Assembly (NCBI GenBank): GCA_965208575.1
Contig: CBDBOV010000006.1
Location: 320,001 to 384,000, forward strand
Reading direction: 5' to 3'
Source of the DNA: Spirochaetia bacterium
Lineage (GTDB): Bacteria > Spirochaetota > Spirochaetia > SZUA-6 > Bin103
Length of the DNA stretch: 64,000 bases
Position numbers and translations under genes: made by a program. This document shows, one piece after another, positions 22,182 to 31,502 of the stretch. The notes under the pieces were generated by a model. That model searched no databases. It saw only the letters and a program-made list of their open reading frames with translations, and was not told the origin of the DNA. Within the stretch, counting starts at the first letter, position 1, and each line of letters begins with the position of its first letter.

Positions 22182-23619
22182 GGGTGCGAACGCCGAAAGC
22201 GGTAGCAAATCATTGACTCTGAGGCGGAAAAAAGGTCTACCTACCCCACGACACCACACCATGGGGAGGTAGACCATGAATACGGAAGGACTTATAACGG
22301 CCGCCGAGGGCCTTGTCAAGGAGTTGCAAGGGCGCATCAACGGCGGCCGGATGGATCTCCAGGAGGCGGAAGCCAAGATCCTTGAGATGGTGAACTGGAT
22401 CGGCGACGAGATGGTGCAGGAAGTGGTAGCCGGACTCGCGGAGCCGACATCCGCCAACCAGATCACGGTTGGCGGTGAGGTGGCAGTGTTCGAGCGGGTG
22501 CGTAACCTGCGGTTCATCAACCGCTTCGGCGAAGAAGTGGTGCACCCGCGGCGCTGCTACCGGTACCGGCACCGGAGCGGAGGCGTGGCGCCGCTGGATG
22601 TGAAGCTGGGGATCGACGGGTGCTTCGGATTCTCACCGCTGATGACGTACCTGATCTGCATGCTGGGCGCGGATGAGTCGTATGCCGGTGCAGCGGCAAA
22701 ACTGGAGGCGATGCTCGGGTTCAAGGTGAGCTCGACGGCGGTGCAGCGCACTACCGAGAAGACGGGAGAGCGGATACCCGATACCCCCGACGATCTAATT
22801 GATGAGCAGCGTCAGCGGCAGCCATGTTCCCTGATGGTGGTCGAGGTAGACGGAACGACGAGCCCGCAGATCACGGAGCAGGAAGGGATTACTGGTCTTG
22901 CCAGCCTCCGGGCGCCGACCTGTTACAAGGAGTGCAACCTGATAGTCATCGAGAAGCACGATGATGGCAAGGTGATCGACCGCTGGACCGGAGGACGCTA
23001 TGGACCACGCGGTGAGTTTGCCGGCTACGCCGAGCAGGCTGGACTGCGAATGGGCTTCCTGGACGCTCCACGAACGCTGTTCCTCGGTGATGGTGCACAC
23101 CACAACTGGGAACTGCAGCAGACCCACTTCCCCGGCGCGATACCGATCCTGGACTACTACCACGCGGCTGAGCACCTCGCCGATTACTGCAAGCTGCTGT
23201 CTGCTACGCTACGCGATGCCGTCGAGCGCAGCTTGTCCACGATGATGTGGGAAGGCGAGGTGCTGCAGATGATCCACGAGATGAAGCGTTCACTGTCGAA
23301 GGTCACCGATACTGACGAAGCGTGGAAGCAGATCAACTACTTCACGAACAACCAGGACCGTATGGACTATGCCCGTTACCGCGATCTCGGGTGGCCGATC
23401 GGCAGTGGCTTGGTCGAAGGGCAGTGCAAATTGGTTGTCGGTCGACGCTTCAAGGGCAACGGGATGAGATGGCGACCGCACGACAACCGCTGCGTGCTAC
23501 GCACCCGTCTGGCTCTGCTCAACGGCGACCTCAAGCGCTATTTCAGTCCTCCTGACGACTGCGAGATCAAAGCGGCCTGATCGTGTCAACCCCTGTTACC
23601 GCTTTTGGCATTGGCACCC
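22182..23619 (+). mobile_element. Insertion sequence of about 1.44 kb, ISKra4-like
   Basis: Imperfect terminal IRs: left GGGTGCGAACGCCGAAAGCGGTAGCA, right (reverse complement) GGGTGCCAATGCCAAAAGCGGTAACA. The 8-bp target duplication GTCGCCGC is at 22174-22181 and 23620-23627. GC is visibly lower than the flanks. Confidence 0.92.
22276..23580 (+). CDS. DDE transposase (ISKra4/UPF0236-like)
   Basis: Motifs 'VEVDG', 'LGDGA...W', 'ILDYYHAAEHL' and 'PIGSGLVEGQCK....R.K..GMRW'. GGAGG RBS upstream. Confidence 0.9.
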   Translation: MNTEGLITAAEGLVKELQGRINGGRMDLQEAEAKILEMVNWIGDEMVQEVVAGLAEPTSANQITVGGEVAVFERVRNLRFINRFGEEVVHPRRCYRYRHRSGGVAPLDVKLGIDGCFGFSPLMTYLICMLGADESYAGAAAKLEAMLGFKVSSTAVQRTTEKTGERIPDTPDDLIDEQRQRQPCSLMVVEVDGTTSPQITEQEGITGLASLRAPTCYKECNLIVIEKHDDGKVIDRWTGGRYGPRGEFAGYAEQAGLRMGFLDAPRTLFLGDGAHHNWELQQTHFPGAIPILDYYHAAEHLADYCKLLSATLRDAVERSLSTMMWEGEVLQMIHEMKRSLSKVTDTDEAWKQINYFTNNQDRMDYARYRDLGWPIGSGLVEGQCKLVVGRRFKGNGMRWRPHDNRCVLRTRLALLNGDLKRYFSPPDDCEIKAA

Positions 23620-23635
23620 GTCGCCGCGCACGCGG

Positions 23636-23665
23636 TTGACGTTCCGGAGGGCCGCTCGCTACGTT
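23636..23665 (+). promoter_or_regulatory. Putative sigma70 promoter for the pan-coa operon
   Basis: TTGACG-18 nt-TACGTT. Confidence 0.5.
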
Positions 23666-23671
23666 AGCTGC

Positions 23672-23830
23672 GTCGCTGACCGCGGTTGCGGCAGCGAACG
23701 AACAGTCCGAACTCACCACGCCGCGCTGGCGGCGTGTCACCGTTGCCTGGATCGCGCGTCGACCGGGACGACGTTGTCATTCTGAACGCCTTCCCGGCGC
23801 ACCGTCTGCAACGGAGCGAGAGTACGACTG
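23672..23830 (+). ncRNA. Structured panB leader, possibly the pan RNA motif
   Basis: Tandem hairpins at 23717-23736 and 23742-23772 (bulged stem ending GACCGGGACGAC) upstream of panB. Not checked against a covariance model. Confidence 0.35.
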
Positions 23831-23847
23831 GTGGCAGAGGAACCGCC

Positions 23848-24756
23848 GTGGAACGCGACAAGGTCACCGTCCGTCACATCACCAAGCGCACCGGCAGCGC
23901 GCCGCGCCTGGCGATGATTACCGCCTACGACTTCTACAGCGCCCGCTTCGCCGACCGTGCCGGGGTGGACCTGATCCTGGTCGGAGACAGCCTCGGTTCG
24001 TTCATGCTCGGTTATCCCGGCACGGTGCCGGTCACCATGGAAGAGATGATCCACCACTGCCGTGCCGTGACCCGCGCCGTTCCCGCCGCCTTCGTGGTGG
24101 GCGATCTCCCGTTCGGCTCCTACCAGACTTGCACGCGCGATGCGGTGGCCAACGCCGTGCGCCTGGTCAAGGAGGGCGGCTGCGAGGCGGTCAAGCTGGA
24201 GGGCGGCGTGGAGCGCACCGAGGCGATCGCCGCCATCGTCGCCGCCGGTATCCCGGTGATGGGCCACGTCGGGCTCGGGCCGCAGTCGGAACACCGGCAC
24301 GGCGGCTACCGGGTGCAGGGCCGCACGGCGGAAGTCGCCGGGCGGGTGCTGCGCGACGGCATCGCGGTTGCCGAGGCGGGCTGCTTCGCCATCGTGATCG
24401 AGGCGGTGCCGCGCAGGGTGGCGGAAGCGGTGACCAGCCGTGTGCCGGTAGCCACCATCGGCATCGGCGCCGGCCCCGCGTGCGACGGCCAGGTGCTGAT
24501 CTACCATGAGGTGATCGGCATGCACACCGGTCAGGCGCCGCGCTACGTCAAGCAGTACGCGGCGGTCGGCGAGCAGATCAGCGCCGCCGTGACCCGCTAT
24601 TGCAGCGAGGTGCGCGGCGGGAAGTTCCCGGACCGCGAGCACAGCTACCTCATGGAGCAGTCGGAGCTGAACCGTTTTCGCGAGCGCTCCGCCGAGCCGG
24701 GGTCACCGCCGGGTGAGCCGCTTCCGGCCCCGCGCTCCACCGGAGCGGAGCGCTAG
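23848..24756 (+). CDS. panB: 3-methyl-2-oxobutanoate hydroxymethyltransferase
   Basis: Motifs 'MITAYD', 'LVGDSLG', 'DLPFGSY', 'VKLEGG' and 'GIGAG..CDGQVL'. GTG start after GAGG. Confidence 0.96.
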   Translation: MERDKVTVRHITKRTGSAPRLAMITAYDFYSARFADRAGVDLILVGDSLGSFMLGYPGTVPVTMEEMIHHCRAVTRAVPAAFVVGDLPFGSYQTCTRDAVANAVRLVKEGGCEAVKLEGGVERTEAIAAIVAAGIPVMGHVGLGPQSEHRHGGYRVQGRTAEVAGRVLRDGIAVAEAGCFAIVIEAVPRRVAEAVTSRVPVATIGIGAGPACDGQVLIYHEVIGMHTGQAPRYVKQYAAVGEQISAAVTRYCSEVRGGKFPDREHSYLMEQSELNRFRERSAEPGSPPGEPLPAPRSTGAER

Positions 24757-25713
24757 ATGCGCGTCGTATCCCGCGCCGACGACGTGCGCGCGGCACGGCG
24801 CGCCGTCACCGGTGTCGCCGGCCTGGTGCCCACGATGGGTGCCCTGCACGCCGGCCACATCGCGCTGGTGCGCGCCAGCCGCGCCGAGTGCGACCACACG
24901 GCGGTCAGCATATTCGTGAACCCGGCGCAGTTCGACGACCGCGACGACCTGGACGCGTACCCGCGCGACCTCGATCGCGACCTCGAACTGCTCGCACGGG
25001 AAGGCGTCGACCTGGTGTGGACTCCGCCGCCGCAAGAGGTGTATCCCGCCGGCTTTCAGACCTACGTGCACGTGCGCGACCTGTCACGGCCACTGGAGGG
25101 GGCCGCGCGCCACGATCACTTCACCGGCGTCGCCACGGTGGTCACCAAGCTGCTGCTGTTGTTCGCACCACGGCGCGCCTACTTCGGCCGCAAGGACGCG
25201 CAGCAGCTTGCCGTGGTGCGCCGACTGGCCGACGATCTCGGGCTGCCGGTCACCATCGTCGGCTGCCCCACCGTGCGCACCACGGACGGCCTCGCCCTGA
25301 GTTCCCGCAACGAACTGCTGAGCGACCGCGGCCGCCGGCGCGCCACGGCGTTGTACCGCGGCCTGTTGGCCGCCGGCGGTGCCTGGCTGGGCGGCGAACG
25401 GCGCCGCGAGTCGCTGCTCGGCCGGGCGCGCGAAGCGATCGTCGCCGCCGGCGTGGACCTGGAATACCTGAGCCTCGCCGATGCCGACAGCCTGCAGGAG
25501 CTGCCGGACGACGTCCACGCACCGCGCGCCTTGCTGTCGCTGGCCGCCCGCGTGGAAGGTGTGCGGCTCATCGACAATGTCATGTTGCCGGACGACGTGG
25601 CGCCGCACCCGGCACAGGGCGGCGCCGAATGCCCCGGTCACCTTCGTACCGGCGCCGTTCGCCCTTCCGGCGCCGATTGGGAACCTGCCGCATGCTGCTC
25701 GGTATCGACGTAG
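24757..25713 (+). CDS. panC: Pantoate--beta-alanine ligase
   Basis: Motifs 'VPTMGALHAGH', 'SIFVNPAQF', 'FGRKDAQQ', 'GLALSSRN' and 'RLIDN'. Confidence 0.96.
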   Translation: MRVVSRADDVRAARRAVTGVAGLVPTMGALHAGHIALVRASRAECDHTAVSIFVNPAQFDDRDDLDAYPRDLDRDLELLAREGVDLVWTPPPQEVYPAGFQTYVHVRDLSRPLEGAARHDHFTGVATVVTKLLLLFAPRRAYFGRKDAQQLAVVRRLADDLGLPVTIVGCPTVRTTDGLALSSRNELLSDRGRRRATALYRGLLAAGGAWLGGERRRESLLGRAREAIVAAGVDLEYLSLADADSLQELPDDVHAPRALLSLAARVEGVRLIDNVMLPDDVAPHPAQGGAECPGHLRTGAVRPSGADWEPAACCSVST

Positions 25714-26525
25714 GCAACAGCAACATCGTCCTCGGCGTGTTCGACGGCGCCGAGTTGCGCGCGAGCTGGCGTATCCAGACGCGCATCCTGGCCACCTGCG
25801 AGGAGTACGAGGTGCTGGTCGGCGGGTTGCTCGCAGCCGCCCACCTCGACCCGTCGACGATCGACGGGGTGGCCCTGGCCAGCGTGGTCCCCCCGCTCAC
25901 CGCCGCGTTCGCCGACCTGGCGCAGCGGATGTTCCACCGGCCGCCGCTGGTGGTGGACGCCGGCGTCAAGACCGGGGTGAAGGTGCGCTACGACAGCCCG
26001 CGCGACGTCGGCGCCGACCGCGTGGTCAACGCGGCGGCCGTGTGCAGCCACTACGGCACGCCGGCGTGCATCATCGACTTCGGCACCGGCACCACCTTCG
26101 ACGCCATCAACGCGGCCGGCGAGTACCTGGGCGGGGCGATCGCGCCCGGACTGGAGATCTCCCTGCAGGCGCTGGCCGGGCGCACCGCGCGGTTGCCGAA
26201 CGTGGAACTGAGGCCGCCGCCGGCGTCGATCGGGCGCAACACCGTGCATGCCATGCAGTCCGGACTGGTGTTCGGCTACGTCGCCCTGGTGGAAGGGATG
26301 GTGGAGCGGTTCCGCTCCGAGCTGGGGCCGGGCATGCGCGTCATCGGCACCGGTGGACTGGCCGACGTGATCGCCGGCGAGACCACGGTAATCGAACGGA
26401 TCGATCCCTGGCTTACGCTGAAGGGGCTGCGCATCGTGTACGACCTCAACCGCGACCAGCCCCCGGACGCACCATCGCCAGGCTGGCGCGGAAACTCGGC
26501 ACCAGGAACGGGAGCCATGGCATGA
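25692..26525 (+). CDS. coaX: Type III pantothenate kinase
   Basis: Motifs 'LLGIDVGNSN', 'VGADR', 'IDFGTGTT', 'GGAIAPG' and 'LTLKGL'. Confidence 0.95.
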   Translation: MLLGIDVGNSNIVLGVFDGAELRASWRIQTRILATCEEYEVLVGGLLAAAHLDPSTIDGVALASVVPPLTAAFADLAQRMFHRPPLVVDAGVKTGVKVRYDSPRDVGADRVVNAAAVCSHYGTPACIIDFGTGTTFDAINAAGEYLGGAIAPGLEISLQALAGRTARLPNVELRPPPASIGRNTVHAMQSGLVFGYVALVEGMVERFRSELGPGMRVIGTGGLADVIAGETTVIERIDPWLTLKGLRIVYDLNRDQPPDAPSPGWRGNSAPGTGAMA

Positions 26526-27766
26526 ACGACTCATCGCACACCCGCGGCGGCGTGCTGGCCGGCGCCCGCGTCGTGGTCGGCGTTACCGGCAGCATCGCCG
26601 CCTACAAGGCGGCCGCACTGGTCAGCGCGCTGGTGCAGCACCGCGCTCGGGTCGACGTGATCCTCTCCGAAGCCGGCGCGCGCTTCGTGACCGCCGCCAC
26701 CTTCGCCGCGCTGACGCCCGGCGAGGTGCACACCGGCATGTTCGCGCCGCGCGGCATACCGCACGTCGCGCTGGCGAACAACGCCGACCTCCTGGTGGTG
26801 GCCCCTGCCACCGCCAGGACCCTCGCCCGACTTGCGCACGGTACCGCCGACGACCTGCTCGCGCTCACCGCACTCGGCACCCGCGCACCGCTCCTGGTGG
26901 CGCCGGCGATGGAAGCGGAAATGTGGACCCACCCCGCGACCCGGCGCAACGTCGCACAGTTGCAGGCCGACGGCGTGGCGGTGGCCGGCCCGGTCAGCGG
27001 CCGCCATGCGTCCGGGGAGGGCGGCGCCGGCCGCATGCTGGAGCCGGATGCCCTGATCGGGCACATTCGCCGGCTCCTCGGCGCCGGCGGCGACCTGGCC
27101 GGCAAGCGCTGCCTGGTGACCGCCGGCGGCACCCGCGAGCCGCTCGATCCGGTGCGCGTCCTGGGCAACCGCTCGAGTGGCAAGATGGGCGCCGCCCTGG
27201 CGCGTGCGGCACGCGACCGCGGCGCCGCGGTAACCCTGGTCACCACCGCCGCGCCGCCGGTCGACGACGCCGGCTTCGACATCCGGCGCGTGGCGACCGC
27301 GGCCGAGATGCACGCCACCGTGATGGCCGACCTGCCCGGCCACGACCTGCTGCTGATGGCCGCCGCGGTCGCCGACTACCGTCCGGCGGCGCCGGCGCAG
27401 CGAAAGATCAAGAAGAGCGCCGGCGGCAGGCGTCTGACGCTCGACCTGGAGCGCACCGACGACATCATTGCCGCCGCTTCCGCACGGCGACGCTCCGCGG
27501 GCGCCGCCGCGCCGGTGATCGTCGCCTTCGCCGCGGAAACCGAACGGTTGGAGGAGCGCTCCCGCGACAAGCTGTCCGCCAAAGCCGTGGACATGGTGGT
27601 CGGCAACCTGGTCACCGGCGACGCCGGCAGCAGCGTGTTCGGGTCGGACCACAACGAGGTGCTGCTGGTGACGCCGGAGCAGCCCACCGTGGAACTGCCG
27701 CCCATGGCCAAGGAGCAGGTTGCCCACCACATCCTCGACGCTGCGCGGAAGCTGCTCGCAGGGTAG
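26522..27766 (+). CDS. coaBC: Phosphopantothenoylcysteine decarboxylase/ligase
   Basis: Motifs 'GVTGSIAAYK', 'APAM', 'TAGGTREPLDPVR', 'NRSSGKMG', 'AAVADY' and 'FAAET'. Confidence 0.96.
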   Translation: MNDSSHTRGGVLAGARVVVGVTGSIAAYKAAALVSALVQHRARVDVILSEAGARFVTAATFAALTPGEVHTGMFAPRGIPHVALANNADLLVVAPATARTLARLAHGTADDLLALTALGTRAPLLVAPAMEAEMWTHPATRRNVAQLQADGVAVAGPVSGRHASGEGGAGRMLEPDALIGHIRRLLGAGGDLAGKRCLVTAGGTREPLDPVRVLGNRSSGKMGAALARAARDRGAAVTLVTTAAPPVDDAGFDIRRVATAAEMHATVMADLPGHDLLLMAAAVADYRPAAPAQRKIKKSAGGRRLTLDLERTDDIIAAASARRRSAGAAAPVIVAFAAETERLEERSRDKLSAKAVDMVVGNLVTGDAGSSVFGSDHNEVLLVTPEQPTVELPPMAKEQVAHHILDAARKLLAG

Positions 27767-27780
27767 CCCGGACGCCCTTG

Positions 27781-27818
27781 GCAGCCGGTGGCGAAACACC
27801 GGCTGCATTGCGGCGATC
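27781..27818. repeat. REP-like palindrome, family B copy, between convergent coaBC and tatA
   Basis: GCAGCCGGTG-GCGAAA-CACCGGCTGC followed by TGCGGCGATC. Related copies at 37991 and 38043-38084. Confidence 0.65.
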
Positions 27819-28029
27819 AGGCTTTCGGGCGCTCCTCGGCGTCGTCCGCGGGATGCGCTTCCTCGTCCTTGCGCTCTTCCTCCGCCTGGCGGGCGCCGTC
27901 GCGCTGGCCCTTCTCGAATTCCTTCTTGGCGCGTCCCACCGAACGCGCGAAGCGCGGGATCGCGGAGGCGCCGAACAACACCAGCACCACCCCGCCGATA
28001 ATGATCCACTCTGCGCCGCCTGGTATCAT
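27817..28029 (-). CDS. tatA: Twin-arginine translocase TatA
   Basis: 'GAEWIII..VLVLFGA..IP..ARSVG....EF.KG'. Confidence 0.9.
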   Translation of the reverse strand: MIPGGAEWIIIGGVVLVLFGASAIPRFARSVGRAKKEFEKGQRDGARQAEEERKDEEAHPADDAEERPKA

Positions 28030-28337
28030 TGCTGTTCGCCTCCCTTCCTTTCGGTTTCGCCGCCGCGCGGCGCACCGGTAACTTCCGGTTGCTGTCCCGG
28101 ACGTGCGCCGTTGTCGGCAATGGAATTCTCGCTGCCGTCCGGCATGCCGTCGACGGCGTGCTCGTCGTCCAGCTCGAACGGCTCCTGGAGCCGGCGCATG
28201 ATGTAGCGCGACGACCCCGATACCCTGCCATACCACTGCCCCAGCTTGCCCATCACCTTCGGCAGCTCCTCGGGCCGGACGAACACCAGGAGCGCGATGC
28301 ACAGCAGGGCGATCTCCCAGATGCCGAGGCCAAACAC
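28026..28337 (-). CDS. tatB: Twin-arginine translocase TatB-like subunit
   Basis: 'MFGLGIWEI....ALLVFVRPEELPK....LG'. Overlaps both neighbours. Confidence 0.78.
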   Translation of the reverse strand: MFGLGIWEIALLCIALLVFVRPEELPKVMGKLGQWYGRVSGSSRYIMRRLQEPFELDDEHAVDGMPDGSENSIADNGARPGQQPEVTGAPRGGETERKGGEQQ

Positions 28338-29092
28338 TACTCTGCCCCGAAGCCGAACAGCTTGGCCACCAGGATCGACAGGAAGAACATCGCCACCATC
28401 GGCACCGCCAGGCTCACCTGCGACACCACGTCCGGAGGCGTGACCACGGCCGACAAGGCGAAGATCAATACCACCGCGTAGCGGCTCGCGCGCAGCAGGG
28501 CGCGCCGCGTCACCGCTCCGGTCATCATCAGCACCACCAGCAGGATCGGCACCTGGAACACCAGCAGGAACACCAGCAGGAACTGGAACACGAAGAACAC
28601 GTTGCGCCCGAAGTTCAGCAGCAGCCCCACGCCGGGCGGTGTGAAGCCGGAACTGACCAGGAAGCGCACCGACAGCGGAATCACGCTGTAGTAGCTGTAG
28701 AAGAACCCGATCAGCAGGAGCGCGAACGATGCCACCAGCGCCGCGGAGATCGCGCGCCGTTCGCGCAGCGTCAGGCCGGGAAAGATGAAGCGCACCACGT
28801 TGTACAAGTGCACCGGCAGCGAGAGCACCACGCCGGCGATCAGCGCCACCTTCACGCGCACCAGGAACCCTTCGAAAATGGTGTTGATGAACAGGTACGC
28901 CGCGCCGTCACCCTCCGTCGCGGTCAGGTCGGGCACTGCATCCAGCGGCCGCAGGAGAATGGCCAGCACCGGCTCGTAGAAGGCGTAACAGACGATCGCC
29001 GCCGCCAGCGCGGCCAGCAGCGAGATGAGCAACCGCCGCCGCAACTCGGCGGCATGCTGCAGGAAGGGCATGGTGCCCGGCGACCGCGTCAT
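28337..29092 (-). CDS. tatC: Twin-arginine translocase TatC
   Basis: Motifs 'MPFLQHAAELRRRL', 'FIFPGL...ER', 'FQVP' and 'AVVTPPDVVSQ'. Confidence 0.93.
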   Translation of the reverse strand: MTRSPGTMPFLQHAAELRRRLLISLLAALAAAIVCYAFYEPVLAILLRPLDAVPDLTATEGDGAAYLFINTIFEGFLVRVKVALIAGVVLSLPVHLYNVVRFIFPGLTLRERRAISAALVASFALLLIGFFYSYYSVIPLSVRFLVSSGFTPPGVGLLLNFGRNVFFVFQFLLVFLLVFQVPILLVVLMMTGAVTRRALLRASRYAVVLIFALSAVVTPPDVVSQVSLAVPMVAMFFLSILVAKLFGFGAE

Positions 29093-29366
29093 CGCCGGTG
29101 CCGGGTTCCGGACATCCCCGTGCCGGGCAAACGGGCGCCCACGGACCGGGAGCCGGCGGCCGGGAGCCGCGCACGGAACCAACCGCGGCGGCAAGCGTTC
29201 GGCGATGCAGGCCGGCGGCTGTCGCGCCGGCAACCGTGGCCGGAGGTCGGCGCGCGGCGCATGCGTACAAAGTTGCGGGACACCACCCTGGGTCTCAAGG
29301 TACCGCAATGTGGGCGTGCCGGCGAGCAGGGCGGCGGGCTGCGCCCGGCGAGCGCGCCGTGGCCGA

Positions 29367-31502
29367 TCACCGTTCCGCGGCCGCCGCGGCCGCGCCGGTG
29401 GCACCGCCGGACGCATGCTCGGCAGCGTGAGCGGTACCATTGGCCGTGCCGGCGGCAGCGCTGCCGGCACCCGGCGAGGGCGGTTCCGGCAGCGGCGTGC
29501 CGCGCCGCTGCTGGTAGCGGTAGCAGGCGGCCAGCGCGGCCACCGCGCCCACCTGGAGCGCGCCGTAGGCGAGCAAACCGAGCAGCACGCCGTCGATGAA
29601 GCCGTACGAGTGCAACCCGACGCCAAGCAGGTTGATGCCGAACCACGCCATCATCACCACGATGATCAGGAGCGCACTCCCCGCCGCCATGCCGAACGGG
29701 CCAATCATCTTGCCCATCCGGGCGTGGAACAGGATCGCGCACCACAGCACGATCAACAGGGCGCCGTTCTCCTTCGGATCCCAGCCCCAGAACCTGCCCC
29801 ACGACTGGTCCGCCCAGATGCCACCGAGCATGGTGCCCACGAACGAGAAGGTCAGGCCCAGCGCCAGCGTCCCGAACATGGTGCGATAGGTGTGCGCGAG
29901 CCGCTTGCCGTCGCGGCCGCCGCGCTCACCACGGCGGCCCTGCAGGATCGCCTGCACCATGTACACGTGGCCGATCAGCCCGGCCACGCAGCACGCCATG
30001 TAGCCGGTGGTGATCACCGTGACGTGGGTGGACAGCCAGAAGTTGGTGTCCAGCACCGCCTGCAGCACCGGCATGGTGTCCTCGGCCGCGAACTTGCCCG
30101 ACAGCAGGAAGAACACGAAGCCGCCGGCCAGCCCGCTGAACACGCCGAGGTAGCGCTTGCGCAGGTATTCCATCACCAGGCCGCACACCACCGCGCCCCA
30201 GCCCACGAACACGAACGTCTCGAACAGGTTGGTGACCGGCGGCCGGTCGGTGATCAGGATGCGCAGCACCAGCCCGAAGGTGTGCGGGAGCAGGCCGACC
30301 AGCAGCAGGACGACGCTCGCCCGGTACAGCCACTTCCGAAAGCCCAGGAACGACAGCCCGAGCAGCAGCAGCCCGGCCCCGTACGCCACCCGCGCCGCCA
30401 GGTAGGGGTTGCTGCGGTTGTACAGGATCTCCAGCTCCGGGTTCTTGATATCCAGTTCGGCCGCCGTACGGCGCTGCACCGAGTCGTTGAACTGGCGCGC
30501 CGCCAGGCCGAAGCGCAGGTCGCGCCCTTCGATGTAGGCGACCTGCAGGTCGCGCAGCGCCAGCAACTCGGTTTCCAGCGCGCGCCGCCGCTCCGTGCCC
30601 AGGCCCGCCGTCCACTGCCCGTCGAGCGCCTGCCACGGCGTGAGCCACCGCACGCCGCGGCCGACGCCGCCCACCGGCACGACCGCCAGCGGCAGGCCGA
30701 CGAAGTTGCCCTGCCACGCCGCCAGGCTCTGGCCGAGCCGCAGCAGCAGCCCGTCGCCGCGGCTGAACGCACCGCCGGCCGCGTGCGCCAGCCCGGCGGC
30801 CGTGGCCGCCTCGCGCAATTCGGCGCGGCGCAGGGCAATGTCCAGGTAACTGTAGGTGCCGGTGCCGGGCAGCCCAAGCAGTTCCGCGACCCCCGCATCG
30901 TCGACCTGAAAATCGCGGTGCGGATAGGTGAACGCGAACGACGAGAGCAGGTTCGCGTACAGGCCGACGTTGTTCCACAGCCTGAGGATCTCGCGCTCCA
31001 CGATGGTGCGGTTGTCCTCGCTGATGGCGCCGGCGTCTTCGGCCAACCGCTCCAGCTCGTCCAGCCCCGGGAGCAGAAACGACAGGCTGTAGCGGTCGCG
31101 ACCGCGCGACGGCAGCCCCATCGCGTCGATCACCTCCGGGTTGTCCACCACGAATATGTCGTCGTCGTGCGTCTCGTTGGGAGTGAACAGCACGCGCGCC
31201 AGCCACTCGATCGCCGGGCGCCGGTCGTAGCTGCGCCGGCCGGACAGCCGCAACAGCGTGAAGCGCGCATAGCTGTCGAGCGGCATCGTCCGCCCCCCCT
31301 CCACCACGACGATGCGCTGCAGCGGACCGAGGTCGGCGACGCGCAGCTCGCCGGGCGCGAACGCTCCGGGCGCGGCGCCGCCCTGTTCCTGAGCGCCGGC
31401 CACCGCCGCCGCCAGCAGCAGGAACGCGCTCACCGTCGCCGTGCAGCACGGCGGGCATACGGCACGCTGCCGCCGGCGGGTGGCGGACGGACCCTCAGAC
31501 AC
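29367..31502 (-). CDS. ccsA: Large cytochrome c biogenesis protein CcsA (system II heme lyase)
   Basis: Motifs 'GGRTMPLDS', 'RPPVTNLFET', 'LDTNFWLSTHV', WWD domain 'WADQSWGRFWGWDPKE' and 'GLHSYG'. GTG start after GGAGGAGG. Confidence 0.88.
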   Translation of the reverse strand: MSEGPSATRRRQRAVCPPCCTATVSAFLLLAAAVAGAQEQGGAAPGAFAPGELRVADLGPLQRIVVVEGGRTMPLDSYARFTLLRLSGRRSYDRRPAIEWLARVLFTPNETHDDDIFVVDNPEVIDAMGLPSRGRDRYSLSFLLPGLDELERLAEDAGAISEDNRTIVEREILRLWNNVGLYANLLSSFAFTYPHRDFQVDDAGVAELLGLPGTGTYSYLDIALRRAELREAATAAGLAHAAGGAFSRGDGLLLRLGQSLAAWQGNFVGLPLAVVPVGGVGRGVRWLTPWQALDGQWTAGLGTERRRALETELLALRDLQVAYIEGRDLRFGLAARQFNDSVQRRTAAELDIKNPELEILYNRSNPYLAARVAYGAGLLLLGLSFLGFRKWLYRASVVLLLVGLLPHTFGLVLRILITDRPPVTNLFETFVFVGWGAVVCGLVMEYLRKRYLGVFSGLAGGFVFFLLSGKFAAEDTMPVLQAVLDTNFWLSTHVTVITTGYMACCVAGLIGHVYMVQAILQGRRGERGGRDGKRLAHTYRTMFGTLALGLTFSFVGTMLGGIWADQSWGRFWGWDPKENGALLIVLWCAILFHARMGKMIGPFGMAAGSALLIIVVMMAWFGINLLGVGLHSYGFIDGVLLGLLAYGALQVGAVAALAACYRYQQRRGTPLPEPPSPGAGSAAAGTANGTAHAAEHASGGATGAAAAAAER

